25,091 nucleotides of DNA from Chloroflexota bacterium (GTDB lineage Bacteria; Chloroflexota; Dehalococcoidia; UBA2979). The stretch covers positions 1-25,091 of the forward strand of contig JAQCIU010000043.1 in NCBI GenBank assembly GCA_027593235.1. Direction: 5' to 3'. This document shows, piece by piece, positions 16,659 to 25,091 of the stretch; positions within the stretch are counted from its first letter, which is position 1; each line of letters begins with the position of its first letter. The notes under the pieces are model-generated. The model made no database searches. It was not told where the DNA came from and saw nothing but the letters and a program-made list of their open reading frames with translations. The position numbers were made by a program, and so were the translations under genes.

Positions 16659-18020
16659 TTGGCTGCGACCGAGGCGTACGGAACGAAGCACGCGCCACGC
16701 CCGCCAACCGGGCGACTGCGGCGCATGTTGCCGCTCGCGGGCACGGTGACGGCGCTGTGGCTGCGCTGGCGCTGGCTGCGCATTCAGCGACGGTTCCGCG
16801 GCAATGAGCGGATGGCCGAGGCGACGCACCGCTTCCACCAGGAGGCGGCGCTGGCGGTGGTACGGCGCGCCCTGAAGCAGCAGGGGCTGATCATCAAGAC
16901 CTGCCAGTTCCTGGGCAGTCGCGCCGACATTCTGATGGACGAGTACGTGCGCACGCTTTCGCTGGTACACGACCAGGTGCCGCCACGGGCGTGGTCGGAG
17001 ATGCGCCCGGTGATCGAGGCGGAGCTGGGCGGCTCGATCGATGAGCTGTACGCGGAGTTCGACCAGCAGGCGGTCGCGGCAGCGTCGCTCGCGCAGGTGT
17101 ACCGCGCGCGGCTCCACGACGGCACTCTCGTGGCGGTCAAGGTGCAGTACCCAGGGGTCGAACGGATCGTGCAGTACGACCTGCAGATTCTGCGGCTGCT
17201 GGTGGATGTCTGGGCGCGATTCGAGCGGGTGATCGACTTCCGGCCGGTGGTCGCGGAGATGGAGCGCAACGCTCCCGAAGAGGTCGACTTCATCCACGAG
17301 GGGCACGCGGCGGAACGGCTCGCCGCGCTGCTTTCGGATCGCGACGACGTCGTAATCCCAGCGATCCACTGGGAGCGTTCGACGCGACGGGTGCTGACGA
17401 TGGACTACATCGAGGGCATCAAGATCAGCGACGTTGAGCGGCAACGCGCGGATGGTGTGCACACGCCGCAGGTCGCGGCGTCGCTGATCGATCTCTACAA
17501 CACGATGATCCTCGAGCGTGGGATGTTCCACGCCGATCCGCACCCGGGCAACCTGTTCGTGGTGCCCGGCGAGTCGCCGGGCGAGAAGGCGAAGATCGGT
17601 CTGGTCGATTTCGGCCTGACGAAGACGCTGCCCGACGAGTTCCGGGAGCAGTTGATCGTGCTGACCAGCGCGATTGTGAGCGAGCAGCCGGAGGCGATCA
17701 CGGGGACCATGGAGGGCATGGGGTTCCGGACGCGCGAACGCAACGACGAGACCTACACGGCGCTGGGCGAGGCGTTCCTGGGGGACGTGCTGCGCTCCGG
17801 ACGACCGTACGCCGACCAGGAGATGGTCGCCGACATCAACGAACGACTGGGCGCGGTGTTGCGGTCGAATCCGCTGATCGACGTGCCTGGCGACGTGATC
17901 CTGATCGCGCGGGTGATGGGGCTGCTCTCTGGCCTCGGCAAGATGCTGGGGTCCGAGACGGACCTGCTAGAGGCGTTGTTGCCGTACCTCGACCCTGACG
18001 CGGAAGCGGTCGCGGGGTAA
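16659..18020 (+). CDS. AarF/ABC1/UbiB family atypical kinase
   Basis: AAASLAQVYRA, VAVKVQYPG, EVDFIHEG, FHADPHPGN, DFG. TTG 16659 follows GAGGAG. Confidence 0.93.
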   Translation: MAATEAYGTKHAPRPPTGRLRRMLPLAGTVTALWLRWRWLRIQRRFRGNERMAEATHRFHQEAALAVVRRALKQQGLIIKTCQFLGSRADILMDEYVRTLSLVHDQVPPRAWSEMRPVIEAELGGSIDELYAEFDQQAVAAASLAQVYRARLHDGTLVAVKVQYPGVERIVQYDLQILRLLVDVWARFERVIDFRPVVAEMERNAPEEVDFIHEGHAAERLAALLSDRDDVVIPAIHWERSTRRVLTMDYIEGIKISDVERQRADGVHTPQVAASLIDLYNTMILERGMFHADPHPGNLFVVPGESPGEKAKIGLVDFGLTKTLPDEFREQLIVLTSAIVSEQPEAITGTMEGMGFRTRERNDETYTALGEAFLGDVLRSGRPYADQEMVADINERLGAVLRSNPLIDVPGDVILIARVMGLLSGLGKMLGSETDLLEALLPYLDPDAEAVAG

Positions 18021-18041
18021 CGCGTTCGTCCCCGCCGCCTC

Positions 18042-18260
18042 GTGGGTGGTCACGTTTCACTCACCGGTCAGGCACGGCTCTCTGGTTGGGTGTTGGGCCT
18101 GCTCCCAGTTGCGGTTGGCGGACTCGTCTACTTCATGAATCCCGACTACATGGGACCGATGCTGACCGAGCCAATGGGCATCGCCGCACTAGTGGGCGCC
18201 GGAGTCTCCGAGGTCTTCGGCATGCTCGTCATTCGGAAGATCGCAGACGTGAAGGTCTAG
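18042..18260 (+). pseudogene. tadB: C-terminal fragment of Tad pilus assembly protein TadB (T2SS F family)
   Basis: SLTGQARLSGWVLGLLP...MNPDYM...G...IRKIADVKV matches the TadB C-terminus; only about 70 codons remain, with no RBS, directly before tadC. Confidence 0.8.
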
Positions 18261-19154
18261 ATGATTTCCTACATCCTCCCTGTCTCGTTCGGAATTGCGG
18301 CGTTCCTCCTGACACGGTCGGTTGCAACAATGCGGACCGCAAAGGCCGCACGCCCGGCGTGGCAGCAGCAGATCATTGGGGAGCGCGAGAAGGCTCCACA
18401 ACCGACGCGCCGTCGACGCGAGAGTCTACGAAGCAAGTCGCTCTTCGAGCGCCTTGTTCAGGCGCCACCAAGCCTGACGAAGCCAGCAGACCGAATGGTG
18501 GCAGCGGCCGGTTTGGGCGATTCGATGACGGGTGCCACGTTCATCGGAATGTCTGTGATGCTGGCGGTGATCGCAGCACTCGTGTCATCGCTTTATGTCA
18601 GTACCGAGGGTTTCACTCAGCGAGAACTTAGCCTCGTCGTAGCTGCCACCGGTGTGGCGCTGGCGGGTCCGGGAGCCCTGATCAATGGTCGCGCGACACG
18701 TCGGCGATCCGAAATTACCGCCGCACTGCCAGACCTCGTCGACCTGCTCACGGTGTCGATCGAAGCTGGTCTTGCGCTCGAGGCGGCGCTTTCGCGAGTG
18801 TCTGAGCGAGGCGATGGTCCCCTTGCTATTGAGGTCCGTCGAACGCTCTCCGAGGTGGCCCTTGGTCGGCAACGTCGCGAGGCGCTGCGGGCGCTCGGTA
18901 CCCGGACCGGCGTTCCGGCTGTCGTCGCTTTCGTGAACTCGCTGAACCAGGCGGATCAGTCCGGCATGGAGCTGGGACCGGTGCTCCGAGCACAGGCGGA
19001 CGTCGTGCGTCAGCGTCGCAGGCAGCGGGCTGAAGAGGCGGCGATGAAGGCACCGATCAAGATGCTCTTCCCGTTGATCTTGTTCATCTTCCCCTCGATC
19101 TTCGTGATCTTGCTTGGGCCCGCTGCGATCCAGATGGTCAGGACGTTCGGCTAA
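18261..19154 (+). CDS. tadC: Tad pilus assembly protein TadC (T2SS F family)
   Basis: LPDLVDLLTVSIEAGLALEAAL, GRQRREAL, LRAQAD, RRQRAEEAAMKAPIKMLFPLILFIFP. Confidence 0.92.
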   Translation: MISYILPVSFGIAAFLLTRSVATMRTAKAARPAWQQQIIGEREKAPQPTRRRRESLRSKSLFERLVQAPPSLTKPADRMVAAAGLGDSMTGATFIGMSVMLAVIAALVSSLYVSTEGFTQRELSLVVAATGVALAGPGALINGRATRRRSEITAALPDLVDLLTVSIEAGLALEAALSRVSERGDGPLAIEVRRTLSEVALGRQRREALRALGTRTGVPAVVAFVNSLNQADQSGMELGPVLRAQADVVRQRRRQRAEEAAMKAPIKMLFPLILFIFPSIFVILLGPAAIQMVRTFG

Positions 19155-19159
19155 GCCTT

Positions 19160-19534
19160 ATGGCGAACCGAGTTGGTCTCCGCGTGGCGCGGAGCGGGGC
19201 GGTCCTGGGGACCGCCGTGGAGTGCGCCGATTCTCCGTGGGCGCGCATGTGCGGCCTGCTGGGGCGCGCGTCGCTGGCCGAGGGTGGCGGGATGCGCTTT
19301 GAGCCGGCGTCCTCACTGCACATGATGTTCATGCGCTTCGCGATTGACCTGGTCTATGTCGATCGCGAGGAGCGCGTGGTGAAACTGGTGTCCGATTTCG
19401 CGCCGTGGCGGTTCAGTGCGGCGCGTGGCGCGCGCACTGCGTATGAACTACCGGCCGGCGTGATCGCCGGCTGCGACATCGAGGTCGGCGACACGCTGAT
19501 CCTCGAGCCGGTCGCCGAGGGGGCCGCAGCGTGA
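19160..19534 (+). CDS. DUF192 domain-containing protein
   Basis: ADSPWARMCGLLGR, SLHMMFMRFAIDLVYVD, YELPAG, IEVGD. Confidence 0.88.
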   Translation: MANRVGLRVARSGAVLGTAVECADSPWARMCGLLGRASLAEGGGMRFEPASSLHMMFMRFAIDLVYVDREERVVKLVSDFAPWRFSAARGARTAYELPAGVIAGCDIEVGDTLILEPVAEGAAA

Positions 19535-20082
19535 GTGCCGCGCGGTCCGCAGACGACGCAGTAGAGGTGACCGAGGACCAACAGGATGCGGGCGGCCGCC
19601 GGCTCCCCGTGACCGCGATCGCGGCCGCCGGAGCGCTTGCCGCCTCGATTGGCGTTACCACCTCGATTGAGGATGGGGCGACGATCGTGGCGTGGGTGGC
19701 GATGGCGATCATGCTGGTCGCCGCCGCCGAGGACTTGCGGACGCGGCGGCTGCGAAACGCCTTCGTGGCTCCAGCGCTCGTGTTCGCGATTGCGGCGGAC
19801 CCGAGCGGCGCGACAGTTGCGGCGGCGCTGATCGCGGTGCTGCCGTTCTTCGCGTTCGCGTTCTGGAAACCCGGCTCGATCGGGATGGGCGATGTGAAGT
19901 TCGCCGCCCCGGCGGGTGCGCTCGCCGGCTTCGAAGGCCTCGGATCGCTACTGATCGCGATCGCCCTGCTTGGCGGGGTGCTCTCGATGGTCGCCTTCAT
20001 GCGATTCGGGCGATCGGGCACGCTGGCCTATGGCCCGGCGATCGCCCTCGCGACGCTGTTGATCGCGTTCATCGCCAACTAG
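19531..20082 (+). CDS. A24 family prepilin peptidase (short TadV/CpaA type)
   Basis: Two catalytic-type Asp motifs, EDLRTRRLRN and GMGDVK; C-terminal LAYGPAI; multi-TM; GTGA overlap with the DUF192 gene. Confidence 0.85.
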   Translation: MSAARSADDAVEVTEDQQDAGGRRLPVTAIAAAGALAASIGVTTSIEDGATIVAWVAMAIMLVAAAEDLRTRRLRNAFVAPALVFAIAADPSGATVAAALIAVLPFFAFAFWKPGSIGMGDVKFAAPAGALAGFEGLGSLLIAIALLGGVLSMVAFMRFGRSGTLAYGPAIALATLLIAFIAN

Positions 20083-20084
20083 CG

Positions 20085-21980
20085 CTACTCGATCGGCACC
20101 AACGGCAGGATCACGCGCGACGGGCGATCGCTGTTGTGGTGGATCGTGTTGTTCGCGACGCGCATGTGCGTGTGGCGACCGATCGGCTCGCCGGTGTTCG
20201 GGTTCGGATCGAACCGCGGGAACGACGATGAGCTGACGAGTACCTGGACGCGGTGCCCGGCGAGGAAACGGTTGCTGGTCGGGTAGAGCTGGAACGTGAC
20301 CTCGACTGGCTCGCCGGGCGTCAGAGGTGCCGGGGCGTCCATGCCGCCGCGGTAGCGGACGCGCATGAGGCCGTCGGCGACGTTGAGCCGGTAGCCGTCC
20401 GGCCACTCCCCGCTTGCCGGATAGAGGTCTTGCACCATCACGAAGAGGTCGGTGTCCGGCGCGTCGGAGGTGAGGTGGATCGTCGCCTCGATGGGGCCGG
20501 TGACTTCCATGTCCGCGGCGAGCGGGTCGGTGGTGAAGGCGAGGACATCGGGGCGGTCCTCGAGCGGTCCGTACGGCGATTCGCAGCCGTGGAGGTCAGG
20601 TCGGGTGCGCTGATCGGCGCCGCCCTGGATCACCATCACGCGCACGAGCGAGATCGGCGTCGCGAGGGTGGTGCGTTCCGGCTGCGGGGCGAGTTCGTTG
20701 AGCGACGAGGTATTGGCGGAGATCGTCGGCAGCGGGTTCGCCGGGTCGTAGCGGAAGGTCGATGATCCCGCCGCGGCCGAGGGCGCCTCGCCGGCGCGCA
20801 GGCCGCCGTCCGGGTGGAGATAGAACGGCGTCGGCACGGCGCGCACGAGCGGCCACGCCGCCTCGTCACGCCAGACGCCGCCGTGATCGAGGCGGCCCTC
20901 GGCGTTTCGCCGACCGCTGCCGCCACCCATCACGAACAGACGGACCGGGGTCGCGTCCGCGTTGTTGTCGACACCTCGGAGGTGGCGATCGAAGAACTCG
21001 AGGTGCACGGCCTTCACGCCGCGGGCGGTGTTGGTGTGGATCGGAGCCTCGGAGCCGAGATCGACCTCGCCGGAGTAGCTGCGATCCAGTGGCACCTCGC
21101 CGTGAGTCCAGGGGCCCATCAGCAACTGTTGCTTCTGGAATCGCTGCTTTGCCAGGTTGAAGAGGTCGGTGGTGGCGCGGGTGTAGGAGTCGTACCAGCC
21201 GCTGGAGTACATCGTCGGGATGTCGGCGCTCTCAGCGAGGTGGGCCTCGAAGTTCAGTCCGCGCTGCCGCCAGTACTCGCCGTCGTCGCCCTGCTCGTAG
21301 AGGTCGCGCGCCCACTGCTCGTAGACCGGCAGTTTGGTCAGCGGCGAGTTGCCCTCGTGCCACGGGAGGCGCTGGAGCCATTCGTACATGTGCTCGGTGT
21401 TGTGCTGGAGTTCGCGGGCGAGCGCGGGATTGCGATTGGCCTCGGGCGAGACGGCGCCGTGGCTGACGGCCCAGGTGATCCAGCGCAGTTCCATCGCACC
21501 GTTATGTCGCAGGGCGGTGACGTTGCCGTTCGAGCCACCCTGATTCACCCACATCGCCTTGAGGTGCGGTGGGCGTTCGAGGGCGGCGGCGTTCTGCGTC
21601 CAGCCGGAATACGAGGTACCGAAGGTGCCGACGTTGCCGTCGCAGTACGGCAGTGCGGCGAGCCACTCGACGGCGTCGTAGCCGTCCGGGCCCTCGTTGG
21701 CGAGCAGGATGAAATCGCCGTCCGAGCCGAAGCGTCCGCGGACGTCCTGGACCACGAAGAGGTAGCCGCGTTCTGCCCAGAACTCGCCGTGGCGCTGGTA
21801 GCGCTCACCGCGGCGGTCGTAGGGGGTGCGCATGAGGACCGCGGGGAATGGGCCGGGAAGCGGCTCCCCTGCCTCGGCGGGGCGCCAGACATCGGTTGCG
21901 AGCCAGGTGCCGTCTCGCGCCGGCATGCCGACATTGCGGGCCAGCGAAACGCCGTACTGCGCGCGTGAAGGCTCGGTCAC
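20085..21980 (-). CDS. CocE/NonD family hydrolase (peptidase S15)
   Basis: RDGTWLATDVWRP, RTPY, QDVRGRFGSDG, DGYDAVEW, GTSYSG (nucleophile), GWYD, GPWTH, SSSSFPRFDPNPNTG. Confidence 0.95.
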   Translation of the reverse strand: MTEPSRAQYGVSLARNVGMPARDGTWLATDVWRPAEAGEPLPGPFPAVLMRTPYDRRGERYQRHGEFWAERGYLFVVQDVRGRFGSDGDFILLANEGPDGYDAVEWLAALPYCDGNVGTFGTSYSGWTQNAAALERPPHLKAMWVNQGGSNGNVTALRHNGAMELRWITWAVSHGAVSPEANRNPALARELQHNTEHMYEWLQRLPWHEGNSPLTKLPVYEQWARDLYEQGDDGEYWRQRGLNFEAHLAESADIPTMYSSGWYDSYTRATTDLFNLAKQRFQKQQLLMGPWTHGEVPLDRSYSGEVDLGSEAPIHTNTARGVKAVHLEFFDRHLRGVDNNADATPVRLFVMGGGSGRRNAEGRLDHGGVWRDEAAWPLVRAVPTPFYLHPDGGLRAGEAPSAAAGSSTFRYDPANPLPTISANTSSLNELAPQPERTTLATPISLVRVMVIQGGADQRTRPDLHGCESPYGPLEDRPDVLAFTTDPLAADMEVTGPIEATIHLTSDAPDTDLFVMVQDLYPASGEWPDGYRLNVADGLMRVRYRGGMDAPAPLTPGEPVEVTFQLYPTSNRFLAGHRVQVLVSSSSFPRFDPNPNTGEPIGRHTHMRVANNTIHHNSDRPSRVILPLVPIE

Positions 21981-22078
21981 GGGATCCCCCTCGGACTACG
22001 TTCGCGGGATTGTAACGATCGCACCGGCAGAGCAGCGCGGAAGCAGCGGTTGGCGGGCCGAACGGGTACGCTCCCCGG

Positions 22079-25000
22079 ATGACGATCCGAGACGTGATCA
22101 AGGCGACGACTCCCCCGATTCATGCGAGCGCCCAACGGGCGCTCGAGCTGTTGGAGGGGCCGGCGAGCGCGCTCGAGGCGCTTGCCGCGGAACTGGCGAG
22201 CGGCCTCGGTGGCGGCGCGGCCGACGTGGAGATCGACCGGCCGAATCGGCTGCTATTCGCGACGGACGCCTCGATCTACGAGATGGAGCCGATCGCGGTC
22301 GTGTACCCACGTAGCCGCGAGGAGATCCAGCACGTGATCCGGGTCGCGGGCGAGCGTGGCGTGCCCGTGCTCTCACGCGGCGCCGGGACGAGCCTCGCGG
22401 GGCAGACGGTAAACCACGCGATCGTCCTCGACTGCTCGCGACACATGTCGTCGCTGGTCGAGCTGAACGCCGAAGAGCAGTGGGCGCGCGTGCAGCCGGG
22501 GATCGTCGTCGACGAGCTGAACCGGCTGCTGAAGCCGCATGGGCTGCAATACCCAATCGATACGTCGACGAAGAATCGCGCGACGGTCGGCGGCGGGCTC
22601 GGCAACAACTCCTGTGGCGCGCACTCGTGCGTCTACGGTAAGACGATCGATCAGGTGATCGCGCTAGACGTGGTGCTCTCCGACGCGACGGCGACAACCT
22701 TCGAGGACGTGAGCGGCGCCCAACTGGCGACGAAGCTCGACCTGCCGGGCATCGAGGGTGGGATCTACCGGGGCACGCGGGAGATCGCGGCGGCGCACCG
22801 CGCGGAGATCGACGCGCGCTTCCCGAATATCCAACGGCGGGTCTCCGGCTACAACCTCGATGCCGCGCTGGACGAGGACCGGATCAACCTGTCCGAGGTG
22901 GTGGTGGGCTCCGAAGGCACGCTGGCGGTGATCACCGAGGCGAAGGTGAAGGTGGTGCCCCTGCCAACGCTGAAAGGCCTGGCGGCGGTGCACTGCCGGG
23001 ACATCGTCGACGCAGCGAACGCGACGGTGGCAGCCCTCGGCCATCCCGTCTCGGCGATCGAGCTGGTCGGCGAGGCGATCATCGAGCGCTGTCGCGAGAG
23101 CATCGGGTACTCGAAGCTGCTTGACCGGGTGATCGGCGAGCCAGGCGCGATCCTGATGGTGGAGTTCTACGGGGAATCCGAGGCCGAGCTGCAAGCGAAG
23201 CTCGAAGCCCTCGTGGCGGACATGCTGGCGACGGGGCTGGCCTACGCGGCGCCGACGACGACGGACAACGGCGAGCAGGCGCGCTGGTGGCGGATCCGCG
23301 AGGCGGGGCTCGGGCTGCTGATGAGCGTGAAGGGCGACGCCAAGCCGGTGGCGATCGTCGAAGACACCGCGGTTCCGCCGGAGAAGCTGGCAGAGTACCT
23401 GACGCGGTTCGACGCGATCGTGCGGTCGCATGGCACAACTGCCGCCTACTACGGGCACGCCTCGGTCGGTTGCCTGCACATTCGGCCGCTGGTCAACGTG
23501 AAGACCGAGGAGGGGCTGGACACCACGGAGGCGATCGCGACGGAGATCGCGGAGCTGGTGCTGGAGTTCGGCGGGAGTTTGAGCGGCGAGCACGGCGACG
23601 GGATCCTGCGCGGGGTCTTCACGGAGAAGATGTTCGGCCCAGAGATCACCGAAGCGTTCCGCGAGCTGAAGCGGACCTGGGATCCTCAGGGGCTGCTGAA
23701 CCCGGGGAAGATCATCGATACGCCGGGGTTCCGCGAGAACCTGCGGCTGGGGCCGCAGACGGTGAACCTCGAGGTGCGGACGCACCTCGATTTCAGCGCG
23801 GAGGGCGGGCTGGCCCGCGCGGTGGAGCTGTGCAATGGGCAGGGCGCCTGCCGCAAGCTCGATGGGGGGATGTGCCCCTCGTACATGGTGACGCTGGACG
23901 AGGAGCACTCCACGCGCGGGCGCGCGAACCTGCTGCGCCAGGCGCTGAATGGCGTGTTGCCAGCCGAGGAGCTGGCGGGCGAGCGGATCCAGGAAGCCCT
24001 CGATCTGTGTGTCGAGTGCAAGGCGTGCAAGTCCGAGTGCCCGTCGGGCGTTGACATGGCGAAGCTGAAGTACGAGGTGCTGACGAAGCACCACGAGGCG
24101 CACGGGTTGCCGCTGCGATCGCGGATGTTCGGGCGGATCGCGACGATGAGCGCCCTCGGGAGCCGGGTCGGGCCGCTGGTGCCGATCGTGAACCTGGTCA
24201 ATCGCAATCCGCTGGTGCGGCTGGCGATGCAGCGCTTTGGTGGGATTCACCGCAAGCGGCCGTTGCCGGCGCTGGCACGCCGTCCGTTCCGGCGCTGGTT
24301 CCGCGGGCGCTCAGCGGCTCGCGTCGCTCCGCGCGGGGACGTGGTGTTCTTCGATGACACGTTCACGCAGTACTACCACCCGGAGGTGGGCCAAGCGGCG
24401 ACGGTAGTCCTCGAGGCGCTCGGGTACCGGGTGACGTTGGTGGAGCGGCTGGGGTGCTGCGGCCGGCCACTGATCTCGAAGGGGCAGCTGGGGATGGCGC
24501 GGGAGTGGGCGGCGGCCAACATCGCGCGGCTGGCGCCGTTTGCGGCGGCGGGGACGCCGATCGTCGGGATCGAGCCGTCCTGCCTGCTGACGCTGCGCGA
24601 TGAGTACCCGGAACTCGTCGCGACCGACGACGCGAGGCAGGTTGCAGCGTCCGCGTTCCTGCTCGACGAACTGATCGCGAAGCTGGCCGAGGAAGAGCCG
24701 GACGCGATCGCCGCGGTGTTCGCGGGCGTGGGCGGTGGCGAGATCCTGGTGCACGGGCACTGCCACCAGAAGGCGCTGGTCGGGATGGAAGCGACCGAGG
24801 GCGCGCTCCGCCTCGCGGGATACACCGCATCGACGATCGATTCGGCGTGCTGCGGGATGGCGGGGTCGTTCGGGTTCGAGGACGAGCACTACGGGATCTC
24901 AGAGGCGATGGCGCGCCGTTCGCTGGTGCCCGCGGTGGACGCGGCAGCGGCGGACACGGGGATCGCGATCACGGGGGTCTCGTGCCGCCAGCAGATCGGG

Positions 25001-25091
25001 CATTTCAGCACGCGGGAACCGAAGCACGTGGTCGAGTACCTCGCCGCCGCGCTGGCGACGGGGGCGCCGGGGGCCGCCGCGCTCGCGCAGG
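22079..25091 (+). CDS. FAD-binding and (Fe-S)-binding oxidoreductase (GlcD/YdiJ-like FAD oxidase fused to 4Fe-4S and CCG domains); stop lies beyond the window
   Basis: Manual translation (missing from the ORF track because it has no stop): ATDASIY, RGAGTSLAGQ, GNNSCG, SGYNLD, GSEGTL, GHASVGCLHIRP, SGEHGDG, LNPGKI, CNGQGAC, MCPSY, STRGRAN, CVECKACKSECP, CCGRP, EPSC, HGHCHQ, CCGMAGSFG, GVSCRQQI. Confidence 0.95.
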   Translation, partial: MTIRDVIKATTPPIHASAQRALELLEGPASALEALAAELASGLGGGAADVEIDRPNRLLFATDASIYEMEPIAVVYPRSREEIQHVIRVAGERGVPVLSRGAGTSLAGQTVNHAIVLDCSRHMSSLVELNAEEQWARVQPGIVVDELNRLLKPHGLQYPIDTSTKNRATVGGGLGNNSCGAHSCVYGKTIDQVIALDVVLSDATATTFEDVSGAQLATKLDLPGIEGGIYRGTREIAAAHRAEIDARFPNIQRRVSGYNLDAALDEDRINLSEVVVGSEGTLAVITEAKVKVVPLPTLKGLAAVHCRDIVDAANATVAALGHPVSAIELVGEAIIERCRESIGYSKLLDRVIGEPGAILMVEFYGESEAELQAKLEALVADMLATGLAYAAPTTTDNGEQARWWRIREAGLGLLMSVKGDAKPVAIVEDTAVPPEKLAEYLTRFDAIVRSHGTTAAYYGHASVGCLHIRPLVNVKTEEGLDTTEAIATEIAELVLEFGGSLSGEHGDGILRGVFTEKMFGPEITEAFRELKRTWDPQGLLNPGKIIDTPGFRENLRLGPQTVNLEVRTHLDFSAEGGLARAVELCNGQGACRKLDGGMCPSYMVTLDEEHSTRGRANLLRQALNGVLPAEELAGERIQEALDLCVECKACKSECPSGVDMAKLKYEVLTKHHEAHGLPLRSRMFGRIATMSALGSRVGPLVPIVNLVNRNPLVRLAMQRFGGIHRKRPLPALARRPFRRWFRGRSAARVAPRGDVVFFDDTFTQYYHPEVGQAATVVLEALGYRVTLVERLGCCGRPLISKGQLGMAREWAAANIARLAPFAAAGTPIVGIEPSCLLTLRDEYPELVATDDARQVAASAFLLDELIAKLAEEEPDAIAAVFAGVGGGEILVHGHCHQKALVGMEATEGALRLAGYTASTIDSACCGMAGSFGFEDEHYGISEAMARRSLVPAVDAAAADTGIAITGVSCRQQIGHFSTREPKHVVEYLAAALATGAPGAAALAQ

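Noticed and set aside
18018-18260. Stop-codon readthrough fusing the ABC1 kinase to the TadB fragment
   Set aside because: They share a frame, but that has a 1-in-3 chance; the stop is TAA at a natural-looking C-terminus and no recoding signal is evident.
26-24889. Many long overlapping or antisense ORFs (e.g. 405-1487, 12975-15743, 16041-17543, 22664-24250)
   Set aside because: They are Arg/Pro/Ala-rich or antisense shadows of well-supported genes, as expected from stop-codon scarcity at high GC; none has recognisable motifs.
22079-25091. Selenocysteine codons in the Fe-S oxidoreductase or other redox genes near selA
   Set aside because: The frame appears open to the window end with ordinary Cys codons in the motifs; no internal in-frame TGA was found in the redox genes.
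1-25091. CRISPR array, transposase, prophage or defence system
   Set aside because: No regularly spaced repeats or recognisable mobile or defence proteins were seen. The G-rich + strand is consistent with ordinary replication-strand skew.

Overview
High-GC bacterial chromosomal segment. Gene content and protein style suggest Chloroflexota, possibly Dehalococcoidia-like; this is inference, not a database result. It is mostly housekeeping and metabolic genes. In order: comEC (5' end) and comEA, rph, a cupin, a class-V aminotransferase-serA operon divergent from selA-mutS2-nitroreductase-TauE, a histidine phosphatase, a CoA-type Nudix hydrolase, tRNA-Ile2(CAU), a single-domain response regulator paired with a sensor-less degenerate histidine kinase, HIT, a CLC-CBS-TrkA_C protein, cytochrome P450, an ABC1/UbiB kinase, a decapitated Tad-pilus remnant (tadB' tadC DUF192 prepilin peptidase), a CocE/NonD hydrolase, and a large FAD/Fe-S oxidoreductase that runs off the right edge and is absent from the ORF track. 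No CRISPR array, transposase, integrase or phage gene was seen. I cannot demonstrate a complete novel system. The best leads are: (i) the pseudo-kinase/receiver pair, (ii) the selA-mutS2 junction, where the conserved MutS2 N-terminus has no standard start and is preceded in frame by ATG-TGA, (iii) the compositionally distinct truncated tad block, and (iv) motif-variant CLC and UbiB proteins.
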